Under the pieces are notes generated by a model. It was not told the origin of the DNA and searched no databases. It worked only from the letters and a program-made list of their open reading frames with translations. This document shows, piece after piece, positions 15,792-24,484 of a stretch of DNA of 64,000 bases. Source of the stretch: an uncultured Thermotogaceae bacterium. GTDB taxonomy: Bacteria > Thermotogota > Thermotogae > Petrotogales > Kosmotogaceae. The stretch covers positions 915 to 64,914 of the forward strand of contig CAZSXB010000004.1 of assembly GCA_964611155.1 (NCBI GenBank). Direction: 5' to 3'. Within the stretch, counting starts at the first letter, position 1. Each line of letters starts with the position of its first letter. A program made the position numbers and the translations under genes.

Positions 15792-17801
15792 TTGGTCATG
15801 ACTCGTATCACTCTTGTCGTTATTATTCTTGCTTTTTCAGCTGTTGGGTTCAGCACGCCGCTGATGATCAACTCTGCACATGCTCCATTACTGGTTGCTT
15901 CGTTTGCGGATTGGGAACCTGTCGAAATGCTTCAGGCAGACAATGACTGGTGGTTTCATGGGGGTCCTGACAAACCAGGAGAATTCCTCTTCTACTACCT
16001 GATTGATGAACAGCGGTACATCGATGACAAACATGAAACGGTTGAGCAAGATGGCAAGAGCTTCTCGTCCTTCTCTGTGAAAGAAGACTATCCAGATGTC
16101 CTTCATCTTCCATGGCTCAGGGAATACCTCAATCCGGTGAATAAGACTACAGCTTACTACGCCGTCTCGGTGAAATCCACCGATGATATTTCTGTCTTCC
16201 TGGTTACCGGAAACGAGGAGAGAGAACTTACTTATCTAAAAGAGTTTGGCGGAAGACGTTTCTATAGAGTTCGGGTACCCGATAATCTCTGCCAGCAGTA
16301 CTACTTCAGAGTAGTTGTGGCAGGAGAGACCCTGTTTCTGGGTTCCAACGGGTTCAGCCAGGATGAAGTGGTTCCATTCCCATTTGAGGGTGAAGATCTT
16401 CCTGTCGATTTCTTTGATGTTCCGGAGTGGTCAAAGGGTGCTGTTGTATACCAGATCTTTCCTGAACGATTTCATAATGGGAATCCCTCAAACGATCCTC
16501 CACAGGTTCAGCCCTGGCAGATCGATCCGGCGCAGGCGAATCTGGGGAATGACGGTTTCTTTGGAGGAGACCTTGAGGGAGTAATCGACAGGCTCGATTA
16601 CCTGTACGATCTTGGTATAGACGTAATATATCTGAACCCAATCTTTGAGAGTGTCTCAAGTCACAAATACGATACCACAGACTACCTGAGAGTCGATCCT
16701 CACTTCGGTGATGACATGATTCTTCAGGATCTCATATACTATGCAGGAATTGACGACATGAGGATTATTCTTGATGGGGTTTTCAACCATTCGGGCACTG
16801 AATTCTGGGCATTTCAGGACGTAGTGCTAAATGAAAGTGATTCAGAATACGTGGACTGGTTCTTTGTTAGACGTTTTCCGATAAGGTCATTTCAAGGTAT
16901 GGCTCTGTCATATGACGGCTGGAACGGGTACGCGCATATGCCCAAGTTGAATGTAGTCAACAAGGATCTTCAAGAGTACTTTGCTGAAGTGGTTGAGAAA
17001 TACGGCAGGATGGGAATTGCCGGCTGGCGACTTGACGTTGCTGGTGAAGTAAATCCTGTGTTCTGGAAAGAATTCTTCAGACCTTCCGTGAAAGCTATTA
17101 ACAGCGATGCAGTTCTTGTTGGAGAACTCTGGGGGGACTCAAGGGCATATCTTGGCGAAGACATGTTTGATTCTGTTACGAATTACTTGTTTAGAGATGC
17201 TGTCTTTCGCTATGTACTCAGAGCGGAGAATTCTGCAAGCAGATTTGTGAGTATGACAAACTACTATCTGGTCAATTATCCCCCCCAGGTATTACATTCA
17301 TTATGGAACTTGCTTGGATCGCACGACACTGAGAGAATCTACACTGTAGCTCGTCAGGATCTTGAGCTGGCAAAGCTGATGATAGGTCTGCAGATGACAT
17401 TCGTTGGAAGCCCGCTAATCTACTACGGAGACGAAGTGGGTATGATTGGAGGCGGAGATCCCGATTGCAGGCGTCCCATGATCTGGAGAGAGGAAGCCTG
17501 GAATACTGAACTGTTCTCGTTCTACAATCAAATGATCGACCTACGGAGAACAAGAGAAGAACTCAGAACAGGCGACTACGAAGTACTACTTGCGGAGGAA
17601 TCAGTCCTGATTTTTAGAAGGCATAAAGAGGTGGGTTCAACCATTGTTATTATGAATCCCAGCAGTAGAGACATTGAAGTAAGCAGTCCAATAGCTGGGG
17701 TCTTTCAGGACTTATGGAGCTCGAAGATCGAAGAATATTCTCTTTCACAAACATTGACTATCGGTTCGAAGTCATTCACAGTGCTTCTCAGCAACTGGTG
17801 A
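15792..17801 (+). CDS. secreted GH13 alpha-amylase-family enzyme (neopullulanase/cyclomaltodextrinase-like)
   Basis: Signal peptide present. GH13 regions I DGVFNHSG, II GWRLDVAGE, III LVGELW and IV LLGSHDTER. TTG start 7 nt after GGAG. Confidence 0.9.
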   Translation: MVMTRITLVVIILAFSAVGFSTPLMINSAHAPLLVASFADWEPVEMLQADNDWWFHGGPDKPGEFLFYYLIDEQRYIDDKHETVEQDGKSFSSFSVKEDYPDVLHLPWLREYLNPVNKTTAYYAVSVKSTDDISVFLVTGNEERELTYLKEFGGRRFYRVRVPDNLCQQYYFRVVVAGETLFLGSNGFSQDEVVPFPFEGEDLPVDFFDVPEWSKGAVVYQIFPERFHNGNPSNDPPQVQPWQIDPAQANLGNDGFFGGDLEGVIDRLDYLYDLGIDVIYLNPIFESVSSHKYDTTDYLRVDPHFGDDMILQDLIYYAGIDDMRIILDGVFNHSGTEFWAFQDVVLNESDSEYVDWFFVRRFPIRSFQGMALSYDGWNGYAHMPKLNVVNKDLQEYFAEVVEKYGRMGIAGWRLDVAGEVNPVFWKEFFRPSVKAINSDAVLVGELWGDSRAYLGEDMFDSVTNYLFRDAVFRYVLRAENSASRFVSMTNYYLVNYPPQVLHSLWNLLGSHDTERIYTVARQDLELAKLMIGLQMTFVGSPLIYYGDEVGMIGGGDPDCRRPMIWREEAWNTELFSFYNQMIDLRRTREELRTGDYEVLLAEESVLIFRRHKEVGSTIVIMNPSSRDIEVSSPIAGVFQDLWSSKIEEYSLSQTLTIGSKSFTVLLSNW

Positions 17802-17852
17802 GCAAAAGCAAATATCTCTGAATTCGGCCATTTCCAGGTACTCCAGAAGATT

Positions 17853-19616
17853 TCAAGTATCCTTCTCGAACGGGTAAATCCGGATCGAGTGGGGTTCCAC
17901 CTTCTGGGTCTGGATCCGCGGGGACTCTTCCAGCCAGTCAAAAACGCTCTGCGGAAGACTTACCTGGCGTTCGTGATCTGCAAGGTTTATCAGCGCGATC
18001 ATCGAAGGCTTCTTCGATCCTTTAGCTCCAACGATGAAGAAATCGTTATCACCACTTAGAAAGGTCCTAGCATATCTTCCTCTTAGTGAGAGTGCCTGTT
18101 TGAGTATAAGCAGGTCTTCTCTGCCAACCAGTTCCATGTCGTCGCTTTCCAGGAGGAGGTTGTCAAGTATTCCGCAAACCATAGCAAACATACGCTTTTC
18201 CTGTCTTGACAGTTCAGCATCCCTGCCTCTGAGAATAATCGTATCTGGATCGTTCAACCAGAGTTTCTCATGCATGAATGATCTTGTAAGTGCATTCCTG
18301 ATCGAGTTCTTGAAGCTGGGGATACCATTGTCAGGCACATCAGAATTCCACGAGGGTGCGGTATCTGCTCCGATTCTCATTGCATCAACGAATCCAACTG
18401 ACGGCAGAAGAGGTGCTCCACATCCAACGATAAATACTTCGCTTCCCAGGCTTTCTTTGATGATTTCGAGACCCTTTATATATGCCTCAACAGGCGTTAC
18501 AGCTGTTTCATGCCTTTTACCAGGTATTGCTCCAGCAAAAAGAAAATCTATCTTGACATATTCAAACCCGGCATCACGAATGCGAGTCATTGTCTTTCTC
18601 AAAGAATTCCTGACTTCAGGGTTAGTCGTGTCAAGAGAGAATATGTCTTTTCCCCAGTTTCTATAGGCACGCTTTGGTCTGCCACGCGAGTCTTTTACAA
18701 GCCAGTCTTTGTGTCTCAGGAATGTACTGGATGTTTCCGAGGCACTGAACGGAGCCACCCAGATACCAGGCTTGAGGCCGTGACCCCGTATTAAACTGGA
18801 AACTTCGTCCAGAGAGGGAAACTTTGAATTGGTCACTGTCCAGTCGCCAATGTCTGCCTGGTAGCCGTCGTCAAGCTGGATCAGATCGAAAGGAATGTCG
18901 CCGGATCTGGCAAGGTGCGAGATTATTCGAACATTCTTCTTCAGCTCACCAAAATCGATCTCTTCAAAATAGTTGTACCAACTGCACCAGCCAACTCCTT
19001 CACGATGCTTCAAAATCGGTTTCTTGTGGTTTTTGATCATCGCAGCGTATTTTTCAAGCATTGATGAAGGATCTTCTCCTGTCAAGACGACTAATGACTC
19101 CAGCGAAACGCTTTTTCCGGGGTTCAGGGGTATACCGAACAATTCAACCCTTGCTTCAAGCATCTCTCTGGCTTCGTTCCAAATCAGGTATGGGTGAGAT
19201 ACCTGTGAATCAATGAAGCCTGCTAGCACGGATCTTGAACAAACGAAGTAGTCAGAAGGAAAGACCCCGGCACTCAGAACTTCAGGAATCGGTGTGAGAT
19301 GATAAGGTGTGGTACCAGTCATCTGCACAAAGTCAAGCAATGGCTGGGGGTTGGGCTGTCTTGCGTAAGCCTTGAAGGGGAGCCACGACTGCCAGGAATT
19401 CATGTAGACAGGGGGATATACTTCTGTGATATACAGAAGATCCATACTCCCCAGCTTCACGGTTTCATTGCCAATATTGTGAAGATTTGCAGATATCATC
19501 ACGGAGCCGTTCTTCAACTGTGTATTAAAGGTTATTCTCAGTCCTGCTCTCTCTACTGAAAACTCCCCTTCTTTAACAGGTATGGGTTCTCTTCCCCCCG
19601 AAAAGAAGAGTCTCAT
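17853..19616 (-). CDS. GH36 alpha-galactosidase
   Basis: Melibiase-type blocks GWCSWYNYF, QLDDGYQ, KIDFLFAG and WLNDPD. GAGGAGG SD 8 nt upstream. Starts 13 nt after the nrdG stop. Confidence 0.85.
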   Translation of the reverse strand: MRLFFSGGREPIPVKEGEFSVERAGLRITFNTQLKNGSVMISANLHNIGNETVKLGSMDLLYITEVYPPVYMNSWQSWLPFKAYARQPNPQPLLDFVQMTGTTPYHLTPIPEVLSAGVFPSDYFVCSRSVLAGFIDSQVSHPYLIWNEAREMLEARVELFGIPLNPGKSVSLESLVVLTGEDPSSMLEKYAAMIKNHKKPILKHREGVGWCSWYNYFEEIDFGELKKNVRIISHLARSGDIPFDLIQLDDGYQADIGDWTVTNSKFPSLDEVSSLIRGHGLKPGIWVAPFSASETSSTFLRHKDWLVKDSRGRPKRAYRNWGKDIFSLDTTNPEVRNSLRKTMTRIRDAGFEYVKIDFLFAGAIPGKRHETAVTPVEAYIKGLEIIKESLGSEVFIVGCGAPLLPSVGFVDAMRIGADTAPSWNSDVPDNGIPSFKNSIRNALTRSFMHEKLWLNDPDTIILRGRDAELSRQEKRMFAMVCGILDNLLLESDDMELVGREDLLILKQALSLRGRYARTFLSGDNDFFIVGAKGSKKPSMIALINLADHERQVSLPQSVFDWLEESPRIQTQKVEPHSIRIYPFEKDT

Positions 19617-19629
19617 CTATATTGCCTCC

Positions 19630-20298
19630 TCAAAGCCTCAATCTCACTTCCTTCACACAGCTTCGCAGGCCTTCCGCGAATTCCTCGACTACTTCTGGCG
19701 CGTAAGCTGGTTTTCTATCGAGATAGCACTGCTGTACTGCTACGACAGACGAAGAATCAAGTACAGCACAGAACTCTTCTGGATTATTCGCGTCTACATA
19801 GTCAGGATACATTGTTATTCTTACTTCATGTTCGGGAAAGCCTCTTGCAACTTCAAGAGACCGCAGGATCGTGGAGAGTTTAATCCCGAGATGTCTTTCG
19901 TAAGCTATTGTCTTGAGATCGACAGCAATCATGTCTGCCACTCCACGCATAGCTTCAAGAACTCCGGGGTTGCTCCCATTTGTGTCAACCTTGATCTGCA
20001 AAGAAGGAAAAGCCTCTTTGAAACATGAGAGGAAAGATACTAACTGCTTCCCGTGAAGGGTGGGTTCTCCCCCTGTTACCACCAAACCGTCGATAATCGC
20101 TCTTCTGCTTGAAGTTACATTGATGACATCATCAATTGTGAAGGAACCGTTCTGTCTCTTTCGAAGGCCGGGATTATGACAGTAAGGGCAGTTGAAATTA
20201 CAGCCTGAGGTAAACAGAACCAGCGAGATTCTCCCCGGATAATCTACCAGACTCGTCTTCTTGAGTCCTGCGAAGGTTATCGAGTTTGTCTCTTTCAA
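19630..20298 (-). CDS. nrdG: anaerobic ribonucleoside-triphosphate reductase activating protein (radical SAM)
   Basis: SLVDYPG block followed by CNFNCPYCHN (CxxxCxxC). TTG 20298 fits the family N-terminal length. The longest ORF's ATG 20343 is the alternative. Either start lies inside the nrdD 3' end. Confidence 0.85.
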   Translation of the reverse strand: MKETNSITFAGLKKTSLVDYPGRISLVLFTSGCNFNCPYCHNPGLRKRQNGSFTIDDVINVTSSRRAIIDGLVVTGGEPTLHGKQLVSFLSCFKEAFPSLQIKVDTNGSNPGVLEAMRGVADMIAVDLKTIAYERHLGIKLSTILRSLEVARGFPEHEVRITMYPDYVDANNPEEFCAVLDSSSVVAVQQCYLDRKPAYAPEVVEEFAEGLRSCVKEVRLRL

Positions 20299-22351
20299 TT
20301 CTGTATGTTCTCCTTGACTTGAATTCTTCTTGCTTGCCCACATTCCAGTTCTGTACAGGTCTGTAGTAGCCCGTTACCCTTGAGTACACTTCTGTGCGCT
20401 TTCCGCATGAAGGGCACTCGTACTGCTCGCCCTGAAGATAACCGTGATCTGTGCAGATCGAGTACGTGGGTGAAATCGTGAAGTACGGTATCCTGTAGAT
20501 CGTAGCTATCTTCTTGACGAGCTGGCGCGTTGTCTGCCAGTCAGTGAGTTTCTCCCCGAGAAATGCATGAAATACTGTTCCGCCTGTATATTTCTGCTGC
20601 AGCTCTTCCTGCAGGTCAAGAGCATCAAATACATCTTCGGTATAATTCACAGGCAGATGCGAAGAATTGGTATAGAAAGGAGCATCATCTCCCGCTGTCT
20701 TTATCCCAGGGAATCTCTTCTTATCGATCTTGGCAAGGCGGTAAGCAGTAGACTCCGCGGGGGTCGCCTCAAGGTTGTAGAGGTTTCCTGTTGACTCCTG
20801 GAATTCAGCAATCTTATCTCTCAAGAAATCCAGTGTCTTTATCGCAAAGTCATGAGCTTCCTGGTGGCTCAGAGACTTCTGGATCCAACGCGCATTTTGC
20901 GTGGCTTCGTTCATACCGACTATGCCGATCGTGGAGAAGTGGTTGTCGAAATTCTTCAGGTAACTCCTGGTGTACGGGTAGAGTCCTTGCTCATTGAGCT
21001 TTTCCACTACCTCTCGTTTGACCTCCAGGCTCCTGCTTGCCAGCTCTGCCAGGCGAGCCAGCCTGAGGAAAAACTCCTCTTCGTTTTCGCTCAGATAAGC
21101 GATTCTTGAAAGATTCAGCGTAACAACACCGATTGAACCAGTGAACTCGTCAGAACCGAATAACCCGCCACCTCTACGCCTCAGCTCTCTCTTGTCCAGC
21201 TGTAATCGACAACACATGCTTCTTACGTCTTCAGGTTTCAGGTCAGTATTCAGGAAATTCTGAAAGTATGGTGCTCCGTACTTGGCAGTTATGCTGAATA
21301 ACAGTCGTGCATTCTCGTTTTCCCAGTCAAACTCCTTTGTTATGTTGTAGGTCGGAATTGGGTACTGAAATCCTCGACCATTGGCGTCACCTTCGTCAAG
21401 GATTTCCAGGAAGGCCCGGTTAATCATATTCATCTCTTTCTGACAGTCGCCGTAAGTGAAGTCGGTCTCAGTTCCACCGACAAGAGCCTTTTGAGAGACC
21501 AGACCTTTGGGAACTGTCCAATCCAGGGTGATATTCGTGAAGGGAGCCTGAGTGCCCCAGCGGGAAGGAGTGTTGACACCGAAAACAAACGACTGGATAT
21601 TCTGCTTCACCTGCTTGAAGGATAGACTGTCTACTTTCACAAAGGGAGCAAGGTATGTGTCAAAAGACGAAAAAGACTGTGCGCCAGCCCACTCATTCTG
21701 AAGAATGCCGAGGAAATTAACCATCTGGTTAACCAGTGTAGAGAGATGTCTTGCTGGCGAAGAAGACACTTTTCCCGTCACTCCCCCCAGGCCTCTTTCG
21801 ATGAGCTGTTTCAGGCTCCAACCAGCACAATAGCCCGACAGCATGGAAAGGTCATGAATATGGAAGTCTCCCTCCCTGTGGGCTCTGCCAATCTGTTCAT
21901 CGTAAACCTCACTGAGCCAGTAATTTGCTGTTACGGTGCCGCTGTTATGAAGGATCAGACCACCGATTGAATAAGTTACTGTACTGTTTTCCTTGATACG
22001 CCAGTCAAGATGATTCAGATAGCTATTAACTGTTTCCGAGAAGTCAAGCATCGAGGACTTCAGGTCGCGTATCTTCTCTCGCTGTTTCCGATATAGAATG
22101 TAAGCCTTTGCTACAGCGGAAAACCCGAGAGTTTCCAGTGTTCTCTCGACGGAGTCCTGAATATCCTCTATGTAGATTATTCCATCCTTTATCTTTGGCT
22201 GGAAGTCTGCTACAACTCTGAGCGCAAGACGCTCCAGTATGTCAGGTGTGCAGGCTGATGATGTTGCCTCGAAGGCCTTTTCTATGGCCTTCATTATCTT
22301 GCTGATGTCAAAACCGGTAATTCCCCCGTTTCTCTTTCTTACCCTCAGCAT
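20198..22351 (-). CDS. nrdD: anaerobic (class III) ribonucleoside-triphosphate reductase
   Basis: ATP-cone N-terminus (MLRVRKRNG...FDISKI), C-terminal Zn-ribbon CPSCG and glycyl-radical motif SRVTGYYRP. ATG 22351 is preceded by AGGAGGGG. Confidence 0.92.
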   Translation of the reverse strand: MLRVRKRNGGITGFDISKIMKAIEKAFEATSSACTPDILERLALRVVADFQPKIKDGIIYIEDIQDSVERTLETLGFSAVAKAYILYRKQREKIRDLKSSMLDFSETVNSYLNHLDWRIKENSTVTYSIGGLILHNSGTVTANYWLSEVYDEQIGRAHREGDFHIHDLSMLSGYCAGWSLKQLIERGLGGVTGKVSSSPARHLSTLVNQMVNFLGILQNEWAGAQSFSSFDTYLAPFVKVDSLSFKQVKQNIQSFVFGVNTPSRWGTQAPFTNITLDWTVPKGLVSQKALVGGTETDFTYGDCQKEMNMINRAFLEILDEGDANGRGFQYPIPTYNITKEFDWENENARLLFSITAKYGAPYFQNFLNTDLKPEDVRSMCCRLQLDKRELRRRGGGLFGSDEFTGSIGVVTLNLSRIAYLSENEEEFFLRLARLAELASRSLEVKREVVEKLNEQGLYPYTRSYLKNFDNHFSTIGIVGMNEATQNARWIQKSLSHQEAHDFAIKTLDFLRDKIAEFQESTGNLYNLEATPAESTAYRLAKIDKKRFPGIKTAGDDAPFYTNSSHLPVNYTEDVFDALDLQEELQQKYTGGTVFHAFLGEKLTDWQTTRQLVKKIATIYRIPYFTISPTYSICTDHGYLQGEQYECPSCGKRTEVYSRVTGYYRPVQNWNVGKQEEFKSRRTYRIERDKLDNLRRTQEDESGRLSGENLAGSVYLRL

Positions 22352-22400
22352 ATTACCCCTCCTGAAAGAATACACAATAAATGGATGCAAGAATTATTCT

Positions 22401-22438
22401 ACCACAAAATATAGTGGTTTCACAAAGCTTTTCTTGTG
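22401..22438 (-). promoter_or_regulatory. two NrdR-box-like palindromes overlapping the putative nrdD promoter
   Basis: Box 1 is ACCACAAAATATAGTGGT (22401-22418). The weaker box 2 is CACAAAGCTTTTCTTGTG (22421-22438). Candidate -10 TAGAAT (22401-22396, minus) and -35 TTGTGA (22425-22420) overlap them. Confidence 0.4.
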
Positions 22439-22490
22439 TTTCGAGAAGCCTGTCCAGCATAGAACGACTGAGCAATCCCAAATAACAGAA

Positions 22491-23030
22491 CTATATCGTA
22501 ATGAACTCGCCAAGGCGTTCCTGACCAAGAAGCTTCACCATTTTTACGAATGCTTTTGCTGTTGCCAGGGCATCTCCGAGGGCCCTATGTCTCCCCTCAC
22601 TCAGTATGCCAAGGCGAGCAAGTACAATGTCCAGATTATGCCGCCCCCTGAATAGTGCTTTGGAGAGGTTAATTGTGTCAATTACGGGGTTCGTCAGTTT
22701 ATCCAGTCCAATGCACTGACACGAGTAATTAAGGAAAGAGAGATCGAAAGGAGCGTTATGCATTACCAATGTCCGATCTCCGATGAAACGAATAAAGCGA
22801 GGAATAACTTCTTCTATTCCAGGGCAGTTTTGGACCATTCTGCTGGAGATTCCAGTGAAACCTGTTATGAATACTGGTATATGTTTCTTTGGTTTGATCA
22901 GTTGACTGAAGAAGCAGGATTCGTTGACCTCCCAGTTTTCAACTGCTACCCCTCCTATTTCAAGGAGTTCCGCCCCTTTTTCAGGGCACATGCCGGTGGT
23001 CTCGGTATCTACTACCACAAAGCTAATCAC
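22491..23030 (-). CDS. DnaQ-like DEDDh 3'-5' exonuclease (DNA polymerase III epsilon-like)
   Basis: ExoI VVDTETTG, ExoII HNAPFDLSFL and ExoIII HRALGDALAT. GTG start overlaps the upstream stop (GTGA). Confidence 0.85.
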   Translation of the reverse strand: MISFVVVDTETTGMCPEKGAELLEIGGVAVENWEVNESCFFSQLIKPKKHIPVFITGFTGISSRMVQNCPGIEEVIPRFIRFIGDRTLVMHNAPFDLSFLNYSCQCIGLDKLTNPVIDTINLSKALFRGRHNLDIVLARLGILSEGRHRALGDALATAKAFVKMVKLLGQERLGEFITI

Positions 23031-24157
23031 GTATGCTTAGAGGCCTCCCTTAGAAAGTCAAACATCACATCTACCCCTACATCAATGCACTCCGGGTCAG
23101 GCAGAAAACTCGGTGAGTGCAGTCCTTCATGCGATTCAGGATCAGAACACCCAAGCCAGAAGAGAGCCGAAGGATATCGCTGTGAAAAAAAGCCAAAGTC
23201 CTCTCCCGTGAATGTGGTTTGACAGACAGCGTAATCATATCCGAGACGATTTGCTGTCTCTTCAATGAGCGTCACAATAGCGGGATCGTTGTTGACCACC
23301 GGATACATTGATCCGTACTGTGTCCTGGCTTCTACATTCCACAGAGAGCCAAGATTCGCGGTTAATTCTTCAATCGTCTTCATAATCTTCCTCTTCGTCT
23401 CTTCTCGCAGTGCCCTAAAAGTCCCTTCTACCACGGCTCTCCCTGGCACAACATTTCTTCGACTTCCGGAAAGGAGTCTTCCGATAGTGAACACGAACTG
23501 CTGATCGGCCGGAATGACTCTTGAAAGCATTTCATAACCTGTTTTCACGAAATCAGAGGCAGGAAGCAAAGCGTCTCTCCCACTGTGGGGGAAAGCTCCA
23601 TGCGCTTCCTTACCCTCAAATATTGCGTCAAACTCTGTTGCATTACCGAATATGGGACCAGGAGTCGATGAGATTGTTCCAGTCCTGAAAGCGGGATTCA
23701 CATGAAGCGCGAGGGCTGAAGATATTTCGAAATTGTCGAGTATACCCGATTTCAGAATCGGTTCGGCTCCACCCGGGCCTTCTTCAGCTGGTTGGAACAG
23801 AAAAAGGGCATTTACTGGTATCTCAGTCTCAGTAACTCTCGCAATTACTCCGGCAAGAACTGCCATATGGACATCGTGACCACACGCGTGCATCCAGCCC
23901 TCTGTTCTTGACTGATAATCCACGCCTGTCTTCTCTTTTAGTGGCAGGCCATCCATGTCTGCCCTGAGCAGGGTGAAAGGATTGTCACTGTTCTTGTACA
24001 CATATAAGAGTCCAGTTTCCATTACCTCAATCATCTCGAGTTTCCCAGATGGAAGAGCATCAACGAAATGACGCAACTCTTCTTTCGTTTTGAACTCCTT
24101 CATTCCCTGTTCAGGATACATGTGGAGCCTTTCTCTGAGCATATGCAATCTATTCAC
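23027..24157 (-). CDS. M20-family amidohydrolase (aminoacylase/hippurate hydrolase-like)
   Basis: Blocks RADMDGLP, HACGHDVH and FQPAEEGPGGA. GTG 24157 lies 6 nt after GGAGGA. Confidence 0.85.
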   Translation of the reverse strand: MNRLHMLRERLHMYPEQGMKEFKTKEELRHFVDALPSGKLEMIEVMETGLLYVYKNSDNPFTLLRADMDGLPLKEKTGVDYQSRTEGWMHACGHDVHMAVLAGVIARVTETEIPVNALFLFQPAEEGPGGAEPILKSGILDNFEISSALALHVNPAFRTGTISSTPGPIFGNATEFDAIFEGKEAHGAFPHSGRDALLPASDFVKTGYEMLSRVIPADQQFVFTIGRLLSGSRRNVVPGRAVVEGTFRALREETKRKIMKTIEELTANLGSLWNVEARTQYGSMYPVVNNDPAIVTLIEETANRLGYDYAVCQTTFTGEDFGFFSQRYPSALFWLGCSDPESHEGLHSPSFLPDPECIDVGVDVMFDFLREASKHT

Positions 24158-24211
24158 AGGATTTCCTCCCCATTTTGTTCTATAGAGTATAATAACTTAG
24201 AGGTGTCTCGA

Positions 24212-24484
24212 TTGGAAAACAATAGAGTTGAGAGTTTGGGGAATAACCAGGAGAACTTCAAGAAGGCTCTTGATTCAGCTATAACAAAAGCTCCGATCAG
24301 AAGTGGCAACAGGATATACCTTACTGACCTCTGGATAATCACATCGATTCCGGAAGAGATAATTGTTGAGCTTCTTACCACCAACAACTTCAAGCTTCCG
24401 GAGGAGGCTGTAGCAATTGTTGATGACCGACGCAAGCACAAGAGAGTCCTCTGTGAAACAAGCCACCAGGGTGGCGATAAGTGA
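24212..24484 (+). CDS. small hypothetical protein (90 aa)
   Basis: TTG 24212 lies 7 nt after AGAGGTG, in frame with track ORF 24068-24484. The sequence looks protein-like (…IYLTDLWIITSIPEEIIVELL…). Its TGA (24482-24484) sits 11 nt after the candidate DUF362 GTG start. Confidence 0.4.
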   Translation: MENNRVESLGNNQENFKKALDSAITKAPIRSGNRIYLTDLWIITSIPEEIIVELLTTNNFKLPEEAVAIVDDRRKHKRVLCETSHQGGDK

